From: an uncultured cyanobacterium
GTDB taxonomy: Bacteria; Cyanobacteriota; Cyanobacteriia; CAKZMO01
NCBI GenBank assembly: GCA_963719515.1
Contig: CAVRCJ010000017.1
Coordinates: 64,001-128,000, forward strand
DNA length: 64,000 nucleotides
Direction: 5' to 3'
Both the position numbers and the translations under genes were made by a program. Under the pieces are notes generated by a model. That model had not been told where the DNA came from. It was given only the letters and a program-made list of their open reading frames with translations, and made no database searches. Positions 42,881 to 51,297 of this stretch are shown here, piece after piece. The stretch's first letter is position 1; every line of letters starts with the position of its first letter.

Positions 42881-43696
42881 TCAGCCCTCCTTCAAATCCT
42901 TACCGTCGCTGATAATCTCGGCCATGGCCTCCGTCAGATTATCTGGGTTCATAAAGATAATCTTGGAGTTGTTGCTTTGTCCCAGCCGGTAGTTGGCGTC
43001 TACATTGCGCTGGGCAATCAAATACTGGAGAACAGCCTGGGGATTTACCTTACCCTGCAGCGCCTCTGCGATAAGCTTGGCTGACTCAACCGTCGCCTGC
43101 GCTTCTGCGATCGCCGCCTGTCGCTTTCCTTCCGCCACGAGAACAGCGGCCCGCTTTTCACTCTCTGCCGCTCGCTCTTGCTCCAGCGACTTTTGAATCG
43201 TCTCGGGCAGCTGAATGTTCTGCACCTCGACGCGAATGACTTTGACGCCCCAGGTAGCCGTGGCGTCGTCTAACTGCTCTAGCAGAATGCGGTTGATTTC
43301 CTGCCGCGAGGAGTAGGTTTCCTCCAGCTGCATCTCCCCCACCAGGGACCTGAGGCTAGTAATTACCAGATTTTGCAGCGCTTCCTCTACGTCCTCAATG
43401 GTGTAGTAGGTCTGCTGTAGTTCCAAGATACGCCAGTAGACTACCGCGTCAATCTTGAAGCTGACATTATCTGACGTAAAGGCATCTTGGGGGTCGATGT
43501 CTAGGATTTGCTCTCGCGTTGTGGCCACCCACACAATCTTGTCTAGCATCGGGACAATGAAGTTTAGCCCCGGCGTTAGTTTGCGGTGGTAGCGCCCTAC
43601 GCGCTCAACGATCGCTTCGTAGCTCTCGTTAATAACGCGAATCGATCCAACGGTGTAGCCAATAATTAAAAAGGCTAGGATAGCAAGCGCTTCCAT
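42881..43696 (-). CDS. SPFH/stomatin-like protein
   Basis: VERVGRY, PGLNFIVP, IDAVVYW, WGVKVIRVE and AE.EKRA. Confidence 0.9.
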   Translation of the reverse strand: MEALAILAFLIIGYTVGSIRVINESYEAIVERVGRYHRKLTPGLNFIVPMLDKIVWVATTREQILDIDPQDAFTSDNVSFKIDAVVYWRILELQQTYYTIEDVEEALQNLVITSLRSLVGEMQLEETYSSRQEINRILLEQLDDATATWGVKVIRVEVQNIQLPETIQKSLEQERAAESEKRAAVLVAEGKRQAAIAEAQATVESAKLIAEALQGKVNPQAVLQYLIAQRNVDANYRLGQSNNSKIIFMNPDNLTEAMAEIISDGKDLKEG

Positions 43697-43757
43697 GATC
43701 GCTCAACTCCTTGCGAGATAGCTCTACTATCGCATAATCCTTACGTCACTGTGGTGC

Positions 43758-44201
43758 CTACTGAGACCCATCACCGACAGGCATAACCCAAAGAGTGTTG
43801 CCTTCGCGCCCCACAACGTGGACCAACTCTCCGATTTCAATCACCATGTCGGACGCCTCGCAGCGAGCTTTCCAAATGGAGCCCTGGTAAGACACGTCCC
43901 CAGTGCGACTGGGATAAATTGCGCGCAGCACTTTACCATTTGTGACGGGCCTGAGATCTCCGGCTGGGCTGGGAACCAAACCCCGGAGCACAACCGTCAA
44001 CGCCACGGCCAAAATTGTCCAAATCAGCAGCTGTATCGTCAGCGAGAAGACGGTGAGCGCCGCAATCGACGTGATGATGGCGGCTAGCCCTAAAGCGGCA
44101 ATCACGAGCTCCCCCGTCATTACCCCCAATAGCAGGCCCCCGACCCCAGCAACTAGCCAGAGAAGGTGGGTAGACTGACCTAAAAAAAGATCCCCCAACA
44201 T
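43758..44201 (-). CDS. NfeD-family membrane protein (short form)
   Basis: Hydrophobic N-half and OB-fold G.V.YQGSIWKAR...VVGREGNTLWV; directly upstream of the SPFH gene. Confidence 0.85.
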   Translation of the reverse strand: MLGDLFLGQSTHLLWLVAGVGGLLLGVMTGELVIAALGLAAIITSIAALTVFSLTIQLLIWTILAVALTVVLRGLVPSPAGDLRPVTNGKVLRAIYPSRTGDVSYQGSIWKARCEASDMVIEIGELVHVVGREGNTLWVMPVGDGSQ

Positions 44202-44281
44202 TGCTTTGTACCTCCAATTGCCCTGGTCACTACATTACTGCAAGATGCAGGGCAATTGAGGTGATGGCGGTATTGCTGGCC

Positions 44282-44875
44282 CTATTTCCTGTCTAACTTG
44301 GTCCCCAGCCGCTGGAGCCCGACGATGAGCAATACCCCCGCCAGAGCTCCTCCCAAATGGGCAATGCGGTTCACCCCGTCGGCGACCCCCACCTGCTGAA
44401 TCTCACTCAGCACTTGAGACACCACAAACTGCCCTAAGATAATCACCTCTACCAACCGTCTCCAGTTCCAGGTCAACCGAATTAAAACGCTCACCGCAAA
44501 CAGACCAAACACGGCTCCCGATGCCCCTAGAGAGATGATGCGGACCGGCTGCAATACCCAGCTCAGCAGGTTGGCGGCAAACCCCGTCAGTAGATAGCTG
44601 CTCACCACACCCAGCACCCCTTCTTCCTCTTCGACCAAGCGACCGAACACATAGAGCATGAACAGGTTGCCCGACAGGTGAGTCCAGTTGGCGTGACAAA
44701 ACAGGGACGTGATGAACTGGTACCACTGGGGGTTAGCGTGATTGAGATAGAGCCCCTGCAGTGGTAGACCCAGGGGGTGATCAAGCAGGTAAACCAACAG
44801 ATTGATGGTGACCAGGGCGAACACGCCATTGTAGGTACGCTGGCGGGCCACTGGGGCGGTGGTGGTGTTGAGCAT
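44282..44875 (-). CDS. Rhomboid-family intramembrane serine protease
   Basis: H.NW.HL.GN, GASG catalytic Ser and AHLGG catalytic His. Confidence 0.92.
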   Translation of the reverse strand: MLNTTTAPVARQRTYNGVFALVTINLLVYLLDHPLGLPLQGLYLNHANPQWYQFITSLFCHANWTHLSGNLFMLYVFGRLVEEEEGVLGVVSSYLLTGFAANLLSWVLQPVRIISLGASGAVFGLFAVSVLIRLTWNWRRLVEVIILGQFVVSQVLSEIQQVGVADGVNRIAHLGGALAGVLLIVGLQRLGTKLDRK

Positions 44876-45023
44876 GGGTGATTGTCAGCAGAATTAGACG
44901 GTGGATTAAAGGCGCAAACCGAAAGTCCTACTGCTCTAATCTAGCGTTAGGATCGGGGGCATTGGTATTGGTCGCCCAGATGGAGGCAGTGCCATGTCCC
45001 TACCGCCAACCAAACGCGATCGC

Positions 45024-47102
45024 ATGGCCTACGAACCGCTTCACCACAAATATCGTCCCCAGACCTTTGCCCAACTCGTGGGGCAAGAGGCGATCGCCGC
45101 TACCCTGACGAGCGCCCTGCGACAGTCGCGCATCGCCCCGGCCTACCTATTTTGCGGGCCGCGCGGCACCGGCAAAACCTCCAGCGCCCGCATCTTGTCC
45201 AAGTCTCTCAACTGCGTCAGCGGCGAGCAGCCTACCCCTGACCCCTGCGGCACCTGCGACATCTGTACCTCGATTGTGAAAGGAGCAGCCCTAGACGTTA
45301 TCGAAATTGACGCTGCCAGCAACACGGGCGTCGACAACATTCGCGAACTGATCGAGCGGGCCCAGTTTGCCCCGGTGCAGTGTCGCTACAAGGTGTACAT
45401 CATTGACGAGGTTCACATGCTGAGCACGGCGGCGTTTAATGCGCTGCTAAAAACCTTAGAAGAGCCCCCCGACCGGGTGGTGTTTGTGCTCGCGACCACT
45501 GACCCCCAGCGGGTGCTGCCCACCATCATCTCCCGCTGCCAGCGATTTGACTTTCGCCGCATTCCGTTGGGCAGCATGGTAGCCCACCTGCAGACGATTG
45601 CTCAGCGGGAAAGCATTGCCATTGAGCCGGAGGCGATCGCCTTAGTGGCGCAGATTTCCCAAGGGGGACTGCGGGACGCGGAAAGTCTGCTGGACCAGCT
45701 CAGCCTCAATGACGGCAGCATTACCGCTGAGACAGTATGGGAGCTGGTAGGGGCGGTGCCCGAACGGGAGCTGCTAATCCTAGCGGGGGCGATCGCCGAC
45801 GATGACGGGGTGGCCGTGCTGGACCGGGCGCGTCACCTGATGGATCGAGGCCGCGAGCCGCTGATCGTGCTGCAAAACCTAGCCAGCTTTTTTCGAGATC
45901 TGCTAGTGGCCAAGACGGCCCCGGCCCGGCGAGACCTAGTGGCGGTGACGGACGAAACCTGGCAAGGCATGACCGCTTTGGTGCGGACCCTGCCCCTCAC
46001 CGGTATTCTCCACGCCCAGCAGCGGCTGCGGGAAAGCGAGGTGCAGGTAAAATCGACCAGCCAGCCGCGACTGTGGCTGGAGATAACGCTATTGGGGCTG
46101 CTGCCGTCTAGTTTGGCGCTGGGGGCGGCAGCAGGTGACGAGGCCGCACCGACTGCCATAGAGCCTATCGCGCACAAGGTACCGCCGGTCAGTAGTACGC
46201 CGCAGGCTGGCGCTCCACAGGCCGGGCCGCAGGCTAGTAGTACGCCACAGGCTATACCACAGCCCAGCACGCCACAGCCCGACGTGGCCTTAGCCGGGAC
46301 GCCCCGTCCGCCTGCTCCCGCGCCGCCAGCCCGCGCCGCTGAGGCTCCGAGAGATTTCCCTGAAGAAGCTGCCGCCTCTCAGCCAGTCCCACTAGCCGCA
46401 TCACTGCCCGATAGCGGTCCGGCCCAGCCCACAGACAGTCCGGCCAATCAGCCTGCGGTCCAAGCTACGCACTCGGCAGCACCCGCAGTCCCCACAGTAG
46501 ACCTAGCGCAAACCTGGAAAGACGTTCTTCAGCACCTGCGGCCCCCAGGGATTCAGGCGCTGCTGCAACAGCATGGACGCCTGCTGCGGTTTGAGGGGGG
46601 TGCGGCGCGGGTGGGGATTGTCTCCTCGCCGCTGATGAAAATAGCGGAACAGCGGGCCAAAAACGTCGAGCTCGCGTTCGAGAAAGCGCTCAATGCTCAG
46701 GTTAACGTCACCTTTCAGGTCACGGGACAGACTGCGGAGACTCCCGCACAGCCTGTCAGCGCCTCTGCGAAGGTTTCTGTGCCTAGTCCCCCTCCCGCCC
46801 CGCGGCTGCCAGCACCCGCTCCGCCGCCTGACTCAAGCGCGCCGCCACTACCGCCCGAGTCGACCTTCAACAACCCCGGTGCTCTCCCGGTAGCGGCAGC
46901 GCCTGAGCCTCCCCCATTGCCGCCTCTAGACGAAGACAGCGCGCTGCAGGCGGCCAAAAGCTTTGCCAGCATGTTTAATGGCCAGATCGTCGAGTGGACC
47001 GAGGAGCTCGACTTCTTGCCGACTCCAGATAGTGCCAACGCCAGCGCGGCCCCTCCCCTCAGTGGAGAACGGGGCGAGCCAGATATTGACGTGCCGTTCT
47101 AG
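45024..47102 (+). CDS. dnaX: DNA polymerase III subunit gamma/tau
   Basis: YRPQTF, GPRGTGKTS, Zn motif, DEVHMLS and SRCQ; long Pro/Ala-rich linker; no intein. Confidence 0.95.
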   Translation: MAYEPLHHKYRPQTFAQLVGQEAIAATLTSALRQSRIAPAYLFCGPRGTGKTSSARILSKSLNCVSGEQPTPDPCGTCDICTSIVKGAALDVIEIDAASNTGVDNIRELIERAQFAPVQCRYKVYIIDEVHMLSTAAFNALLKTLEEPPDRVVFVLATTDPQRVLPTIISRCQRFDFRRIPLGSMVAHLQTIAQRESIAIEPEAIALVAQISQGGLRDAESLLDQLSLNDGSITAETVWELVGAVPERELLILAGAIADDDGVAVLDRARHLMDRGREPLIVLQNLASFFRDLLVAKTAPARRDLVAVTDETWQGMTALVRTLPLTGILHAQQRLRESEVQVKSTSQPRLWLEITLLGLLPSSLALGAAAGDEAAPTAIEPIAHKVPPVSSTPQAGAPQAGPQASSTPQAIPQPSTPQPDVALAGTPRPPAPAPPARAAEAPRDFPEEAAASQPVPLAASLPDSGPAQPTDSPANQPAVQATHSAAPAVPTVDLAQTWKDVLQHLRPPGIQALLQQHGRLLRFEGGAARVGIVSSPLMKIAEQRAKNVELAFEKALNAQVNVTFQVTGQTAETPAQPVSASAKVSVPSPPPAPRLPAPAPPPDSSAPPLPPESTFNNPGALPVAAAPEPPPLPPLDEDSALQAAKSFASMFNGQIVEWTEELDFLPTPDSANASAAPPLSGERGEPDIDVPF

Positions 47103-47164
47103 GGACAATGCTCTCAATCTCAAACGTCTTGCATACCCCTAACCGTCTTGCTTCTAAGCTGCCC

Positions 47165-48802
47165 CTACTGCATTTGCTGGACCGCAGCCCTAAGCCCTCT
47201 ACTAGCTAGCTGCTGCTGCATTTGATTAGCGTTCTCTACCCGCTGGTACGCCCCCGCCTGCATCACCGCTCTGCCATTAACGCGGGTAATAAATGCCCCC
47301 GGCGCGATCGCCTGCACGACTGCCTGAGCCTGGGCGCTATCGGCCTCAACAACAACTCGATAGCGAGGGGTAAGCCGAGCGCCCCCTACAGAGGCAGCAG
47401 AAATCCTGGAGAGTCCCCCCACATAGCCGACTGGAACCTGAGCTGTGGGGACGGCCAGCAGATCGTCGCTCGGCTGGCGGCGGGGCGGTGGGCTATTGGG
47501 GCGCTGGGGCAGGGCGGCTTGTAGTGGATTTGGCTGCGGTGCCGGGGAAGAAAGCGCAGCAGCCGGGCTAGGAGATTGGGACAGCCCAGCGATCGGATTG
47601 AAGCCGGGACGAGCGGGCGGGTTTTGAGCGCGGGTCGGAGCGATAGGCGGGAGCGCCACCGGAAGGGCGATCGCCTCACCAGGCGTCTCGTCGCGGAGGG
47701 CTTCGTTGGAGGTTGTCGCGGCGGCTGGTACTAGGGTCTGAGGATGCTGGCCTGCCGATGTTGCGATCGCGCTAGGCACCGCCGCAACCACCCCGCTAAA
47801 ATCGACGCGACCAGAGGTGCGGGCCACCGGCGACCCCGTTAAAAACTCGTTGCCTGCCGCCGCGATGATCTGATTTGAGGCCTGGGCATTGATGTCATAC
47901 CGACCATTGCCGCTAAACTGATTGCCCCCCGGCTGGCCTTGAAGGCCTAAGTCGGGCTGCGCCTGCGCGATAGTCACAACCCCGTCCTCACGGTTACTCA
48001 AAATACGGTTTCCCCGCAGCTGCGGACGGGCCTGGGCTTGAATGAGCACTCCAGAGCGGTTGCCGCGAATATGGTTCTCCCGCAGCTGCGGAGCCGCCTG
48101 CTCACTAATGGTCAAGCCGTAGCCCGTCTCTTCAATGCGGTTGGTTTGAATGATTGGGGCTGCCGTGCCGCCTATTGAAAGGCCGCTACCTCGATTTTGA
48201 TAAAAGCGATTGTGGCGCACCGTGGGACGACTATCGCCCCCGATGGCAACGCCGTGCTGGCTGCCCCAAAACAGACAGCTGGTCACGGTAGGGGCACCCT
48301 GCTCAATCCACAGGCCATGACCCCGGTCGTTCGACAAGGTCAGACCGCTGATTACCGCGCTTCCGGAGGCGATCGCCGCTGCATTTTGCCGTCCGGCTGT
48401 GGCACTCATAAAAGTGCCGCCACCCTGAATGATGACGCCGTCGCCGTAGTCGTCGGGGCTACCCTGCAGCGTTACCCCATCTAGGATCTGGAGCGGAAAC
48501 TGCTCGCCGCCGTCGCGGCTGTAGCGTCCCGGAGCGAGCACAATTGTGGTGCCGGGGGAGGCTAGTAGCAGCGCCTGGGTGATAGTCTGCAGCGGCGCGT
48601 CTTCGGCTCCGGTGGCGCGATCGCTCCCCTGAAGCGGATGGACAAACAGTCGGGTGATCTCAGTAGGACTGATTTCGGCCTGGGCAATCGCGTAGGGTTT
48701 GGACATTGCGGGTGCAGACGCCGATGCGAGGGTCAAAGCTCCACCTTGAAGCACAACTGCCGCAAACGTAAGGCCGAACCGTAGCCAAGACACTCGTCCC
48801 AT
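47165..48802 (-). CDS. Secreted DUF1565/right-handed beta-helix protein with a C-terminal SPOR-like domain
   Basis: Signal peptide, PLQTITQAL..A.PG..I.LAPGRY, N/G-rich beta-helix repeats and QAGAY....NA. Confidence 0.75.
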   Translation of the reverse strand: MGRVSWLRFGLTFAAVVLQGGALTLASASAPAMSKPYAIAQAEISPTEITRLFVHPLQGSDRATGAEDAPLQTITQALLLASPGTTIVLAPGRYSRDGGEQFPLQILDGVTLQGSPDDYGDGVIIQGGGTFMSATAGRQNAAAIASGSAVISGLTLSNDRGHGLWIEQGAPTVTSCLFWGSQHGVAIGGDSRPTVRHNRFYQNRGSGLSIGGTAAPIIQTNRIEETGYGLTISEQAAPQLRENHIRGNRSGVLIQAQARPQLRGNRILSNREDGVVTIAQAQPDLGLQGQPGGNQFSGNGRYDINAQASNQIIAAAGNEFLTGSPVARTSGRVDFSGVVAAVPSAIATSAGQHPQTLVPAAATTSNEALRDETPGEAIALPVALPPIAPTRAQNPPARPGFNPIAGLSQSPSPAAALSSPAPQPNPLQAALPQRPNSPPPRRQPSDDLLAVPTAQVPVGYVGGLSRISAASVGGARLTPRYRVVVEADSAQAQAVVQAIAPGAFITRVNGRAVMQAGAYQRVENANQMQQQLASRGLRAAVQQMQ

Positions 48803-48977
48803 AGAATCCCCGCATCAAAGCGATTTTCGGGGATTGTCTCACACCTTTTCCGTGAGGGGAACGAATTATTCTGAAGATTAGTTGCGTTATGTGAACTAGG
48901 CCGTGTTGACGTTGGTGCTGGAGAGGGTCACGCCTCCCTGACACAATGCATCCAAACCGGTGAACTGACCGTATAAG

Positions 48978-49005
48978 TTGTGAGCGCTGATATCAGCGCT
49001 CACAA
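48978..49005. promoter_or_regulatory. Perfect 28-bp palindrome (operator or hairpin)
   Basis: TTGTGAGCGCTGAT|ATCAGCGCTCACAA. Confidence 0.6.
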
Positions 49006-49038
49006 AGTAACATTCACCATTCCATTGAAGAAGTTCCT

Positions 49039-49262
49039 ATGCGCAGCCTCACATTCATCAAGGTGACCCTGTTGAGAATGGCCCTTTTCAGTACGCTCTT
49101 GACGTCACTCTAGATGACACAGGTCGGGGTGGCAGTGCAGCCGGAGAATACAGTCTCACGCCTGAGCAGATTCAGGCGTGAGCTGACGGACGCCTTTATG
49201 TAGACATCCATACTACCCAGAACCGTGGTGGTGAGTTGCGGGCGATCTTGATGCCCTACTAG
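49039..49262 (+). pseudogene. CHRD-domain gene remnant
   Basis: Hand translation HIHQGDPVENGPFQYAL...LTPEQIQA*ADGRLYVDIHTTQNRGGELRAIL; internal TGA at 49179-49181, and the ATG at 49039 is out of frame. Confidence 0.75.
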
Positions 49263-49361
49263 GCCCTGTTAGCGGTTTTATGCGATCTACTGATGCCGTT
49301 AATAGAGATAAGGGCGGCGGGTAGCGGGGAATCCTGATGCTGTTGAGCTAGGACGCTTGCT

Positions 49362-49622
49362 ATGACTCATGCTACTGCAGATGTCGCACAGACCCCGAGA
49401 CGCTGGTATCACCGCAACTGGCTGATTGTGGCGCTGTTGGTGGGGCTACCAATTGTTGGTGTACCGCTGACCTGGACAGCCCGCTGGTCTCTCTGGGGCA
49501 GGGCGACGGGAACCGTGCTAGGAAGCCTGTGGCTGCTGACGCTGATCCAGGTGACGGCGGCGGAGACGGCAAGGCTGAGCTGTCCTGGAATGGGATGCGA
49601 TGTGGTAGCGCTGAGTGAGTAG
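49362..49622 (+). CDS. Small hypothetical membrane protein
   Basis: ATG start, WY..NWLIVALL..LP.VG.PL.W motif and two hydrophobic segments. Confidence 0.5.
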   Translation: MTHATADVAQTPRRWYHRNWLIVALLVGLPIVGVPLTWTARWSLWGRATGTVLGSLWLLTLIQVTAAETARLSCPGMGCDVVALSE

Positions 49623-50010
49623 CCGCAGATTGTGGCCCTGCATTGGCGTGGAAGGAGATGACGAACTGCTGCAGTGAGCGGCCCCTTTGAGGCGACGTTA
49701 AGCCTGGCCTCTGCTGGCGGAAACGGTGCCTTGAATGAGCAGGGCAACCCTGAAACCCAATACAGCACGGGATAGGCCCAGAGCAGTTGCCCCAATCATC
49801 AAGGCGCTGATGTAGTCACTGGTGATTTGGAGGTGGGTTAGTCCATAGAGTAGCGGCAATAGGGCGGTGGAAAGCAGGACCGACAGCGCCTCGAACCTGA
49901 TTATCTTTTTGCAGTTATTCTGCACGAAAGTACTGCCGTGGCGTGACCTAAACCGACAGGCGATCGCCACTGGCAGTTTACCGATGTCCCTTAAACTTTA
50001 GCTACTAGAC

Positions 50011-50393
50011 AGGAAGCCCCGCGCTCTACCCGTCAGGGTGTGCGTCGGGATGAGAGTCGCGCTAGCCGAAGTGCGCCCGCAAAATGATGCACAGCCGATA
50101 GTGCGCTCAGCGCTGAGGCTAGCAGTTGGTATGATAGAGATAGCAAGGTGATACACCCCGCAAAGAGCGTGACGGGCCCGTAGGCGAAAGCTGCAAGTCA
50201 CCCGTTCCTCAGTTTGCAAATGTATCTGCGACACATAGTGCGTATCCTCCCTCGCGGAGATGAAAATTCAAAACTCTGCCGTGGGGCATCAGGCGGAGTA
50301 TAAACCTATCTCAGGATATGTCTCGGCAATAGCTGGGAGTCACTGAGGAAGCCCGCGCTGTACAGCTTGCTGTCAGCGTCGGGAGGATGTCAC
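50011..50393 (+). mobile_element. Non-autonomous IS200/IS605-type element, copy 2
   Basis: Differs from 10149-10532 at only a handful of positions. Preceded by ACTAGAC; left hairpin CCCCGCGC..GCGTCGGGA; right hairpin CCCG-CGCTG-TACAG..CTGT-CAGCG-TCGGG, then AGGATGTCAC. Confidence 0.85.
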
Positions 50394-50416
50394 TAGTCAG
50401 CCTATGGCCTGAAGGG

Positions 50417-50673
50417 CTCAGTTCATCTTTCGCCGGTCGAGGTAGCTGACTGGCCTAGCTCAGGCAGCAGGGTGAGGCCTTCTGGCGGGATGGCCAGGAG
50501 CTTGGTCCAGAGCAGCTGCTCTGAGTAGTTGATGATGTGGAGCATATGGATGGTTTCGCGGACGCCTGCGGGGGAGCCGATGACGATGTGGCAGACGCGC
50601 TCTGAACCGGGATTGGGGTTGGGGATATCGGTACGAGAATTCAGGATATTTGGGGACGGATGGCAAGAGGGGC
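50417..50673 (-). pseudogene. Degenerate homolog of the 16120-16401 small protein
   Basis: Hand translation ERVCHIVIGSPAGVRETIHMLHIINYSEQLLWTKLLAIPPEG...GQ/VSYLDRRK. No start codon; frameshift near the C-terminus. Confidence 0.6.
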
Positions 50674-50781
50674 TTTATGCAAAGGCTGCTTTGTGACTTC
50701 TTTCCGTTGGCTGGGAAGCCTAGCGATTGCAGACCTACAAACAAACCTGGGTCAGCGATTGAACTATTGATATGATTAGAT

Positions 50782-51060
50782 ATGACATTTGAGTGGGACC
50801 CCTCAAAGGCATCCACCAACATAGAGAAGCATGGCATCAGCTTTAAAGAGGCTAAAACCGTATTTGCCAATCCCCTAGCTGCTATCTTCGATGACGAAGC
50901 GTATTCTGAAGGCGAGTTTCGAGAGATTATCATTGGACATTCTCGCCAAAATCGCTTACTTCTAGTTGTTTTCGTGGAGCGATCGCAAAGTATCCGCATC
51001 ATTAGTGCCCGCCCGGCCACCCGTAAGGAGCGTAATGAATATGAGCGAAATGCCTTCTGA
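50782..51060 (+). CDS. BrnT-family toxin (type II TA ribonuclease)
   Basis: FEWD..KA..N..KHGISF.EA..VF and IRIISARPAT..ER..YE. Confidence 0.92.
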   Translation: MTFEWDPSKASTNIEKHGISFKEAKTVFANPLAAIFDDEAYSEGEFREIIIGHSRQNRLLLVVFVERSQSIRIISARPATRKERNEYERNAF

Positions 51061-51274
51061 CAATTCCCAATATTCCGAAGACGACATGCTAGACGAGTAC
51101 AATTTCGATTATAAAAAGGCAAAGCCCAATCGATTTGCTGCTCATAGCGACGCGGAGAGGTTGACCGTTGTAGTTTTGGATGAAGATGTCTCTCAGGTTT
51201 TTACAACCTCTGAGGCAGTCAACAAAGTACTGCGATCGCTCATTGAAGCTATGCCGCAGGGCGCCCGCAAATAA
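51041..51274 (+). CDS. Cognate antitoxin (BrnA-like, ribbon-helix-helix C-terminus)
   Basis: Overlaps the brnT 3' end; EYNFDY.KA.PNRF and LDEDV...F.TSEAVN.VLR.L. Confidence 0.8.
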   Translation: MSEMPSDNSQYSEDDMLDEYNFDYKKAKPNRFAAHSDAERLTVVVLDEDVSQVFTTSEAVNKVLRSLIEAMPQGARK

Positions 51275-51297
51275 GCTATCGGCGGGCTAGGAAGCGG

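Noticed and set aside
45024..47102. Intein or gamma/tau frameshift site in dnaX
   Set aside because: The extra length is a Pro/Ala low-complexity linker with short duplications. No intein termini and no A-AAA-AAG slippery site were seen.
50460..51122. 220-aa minus-strand ORF
   Set aside because: It is antisense to brnT, and its tail is an off-frame reading of the small-protein relic.
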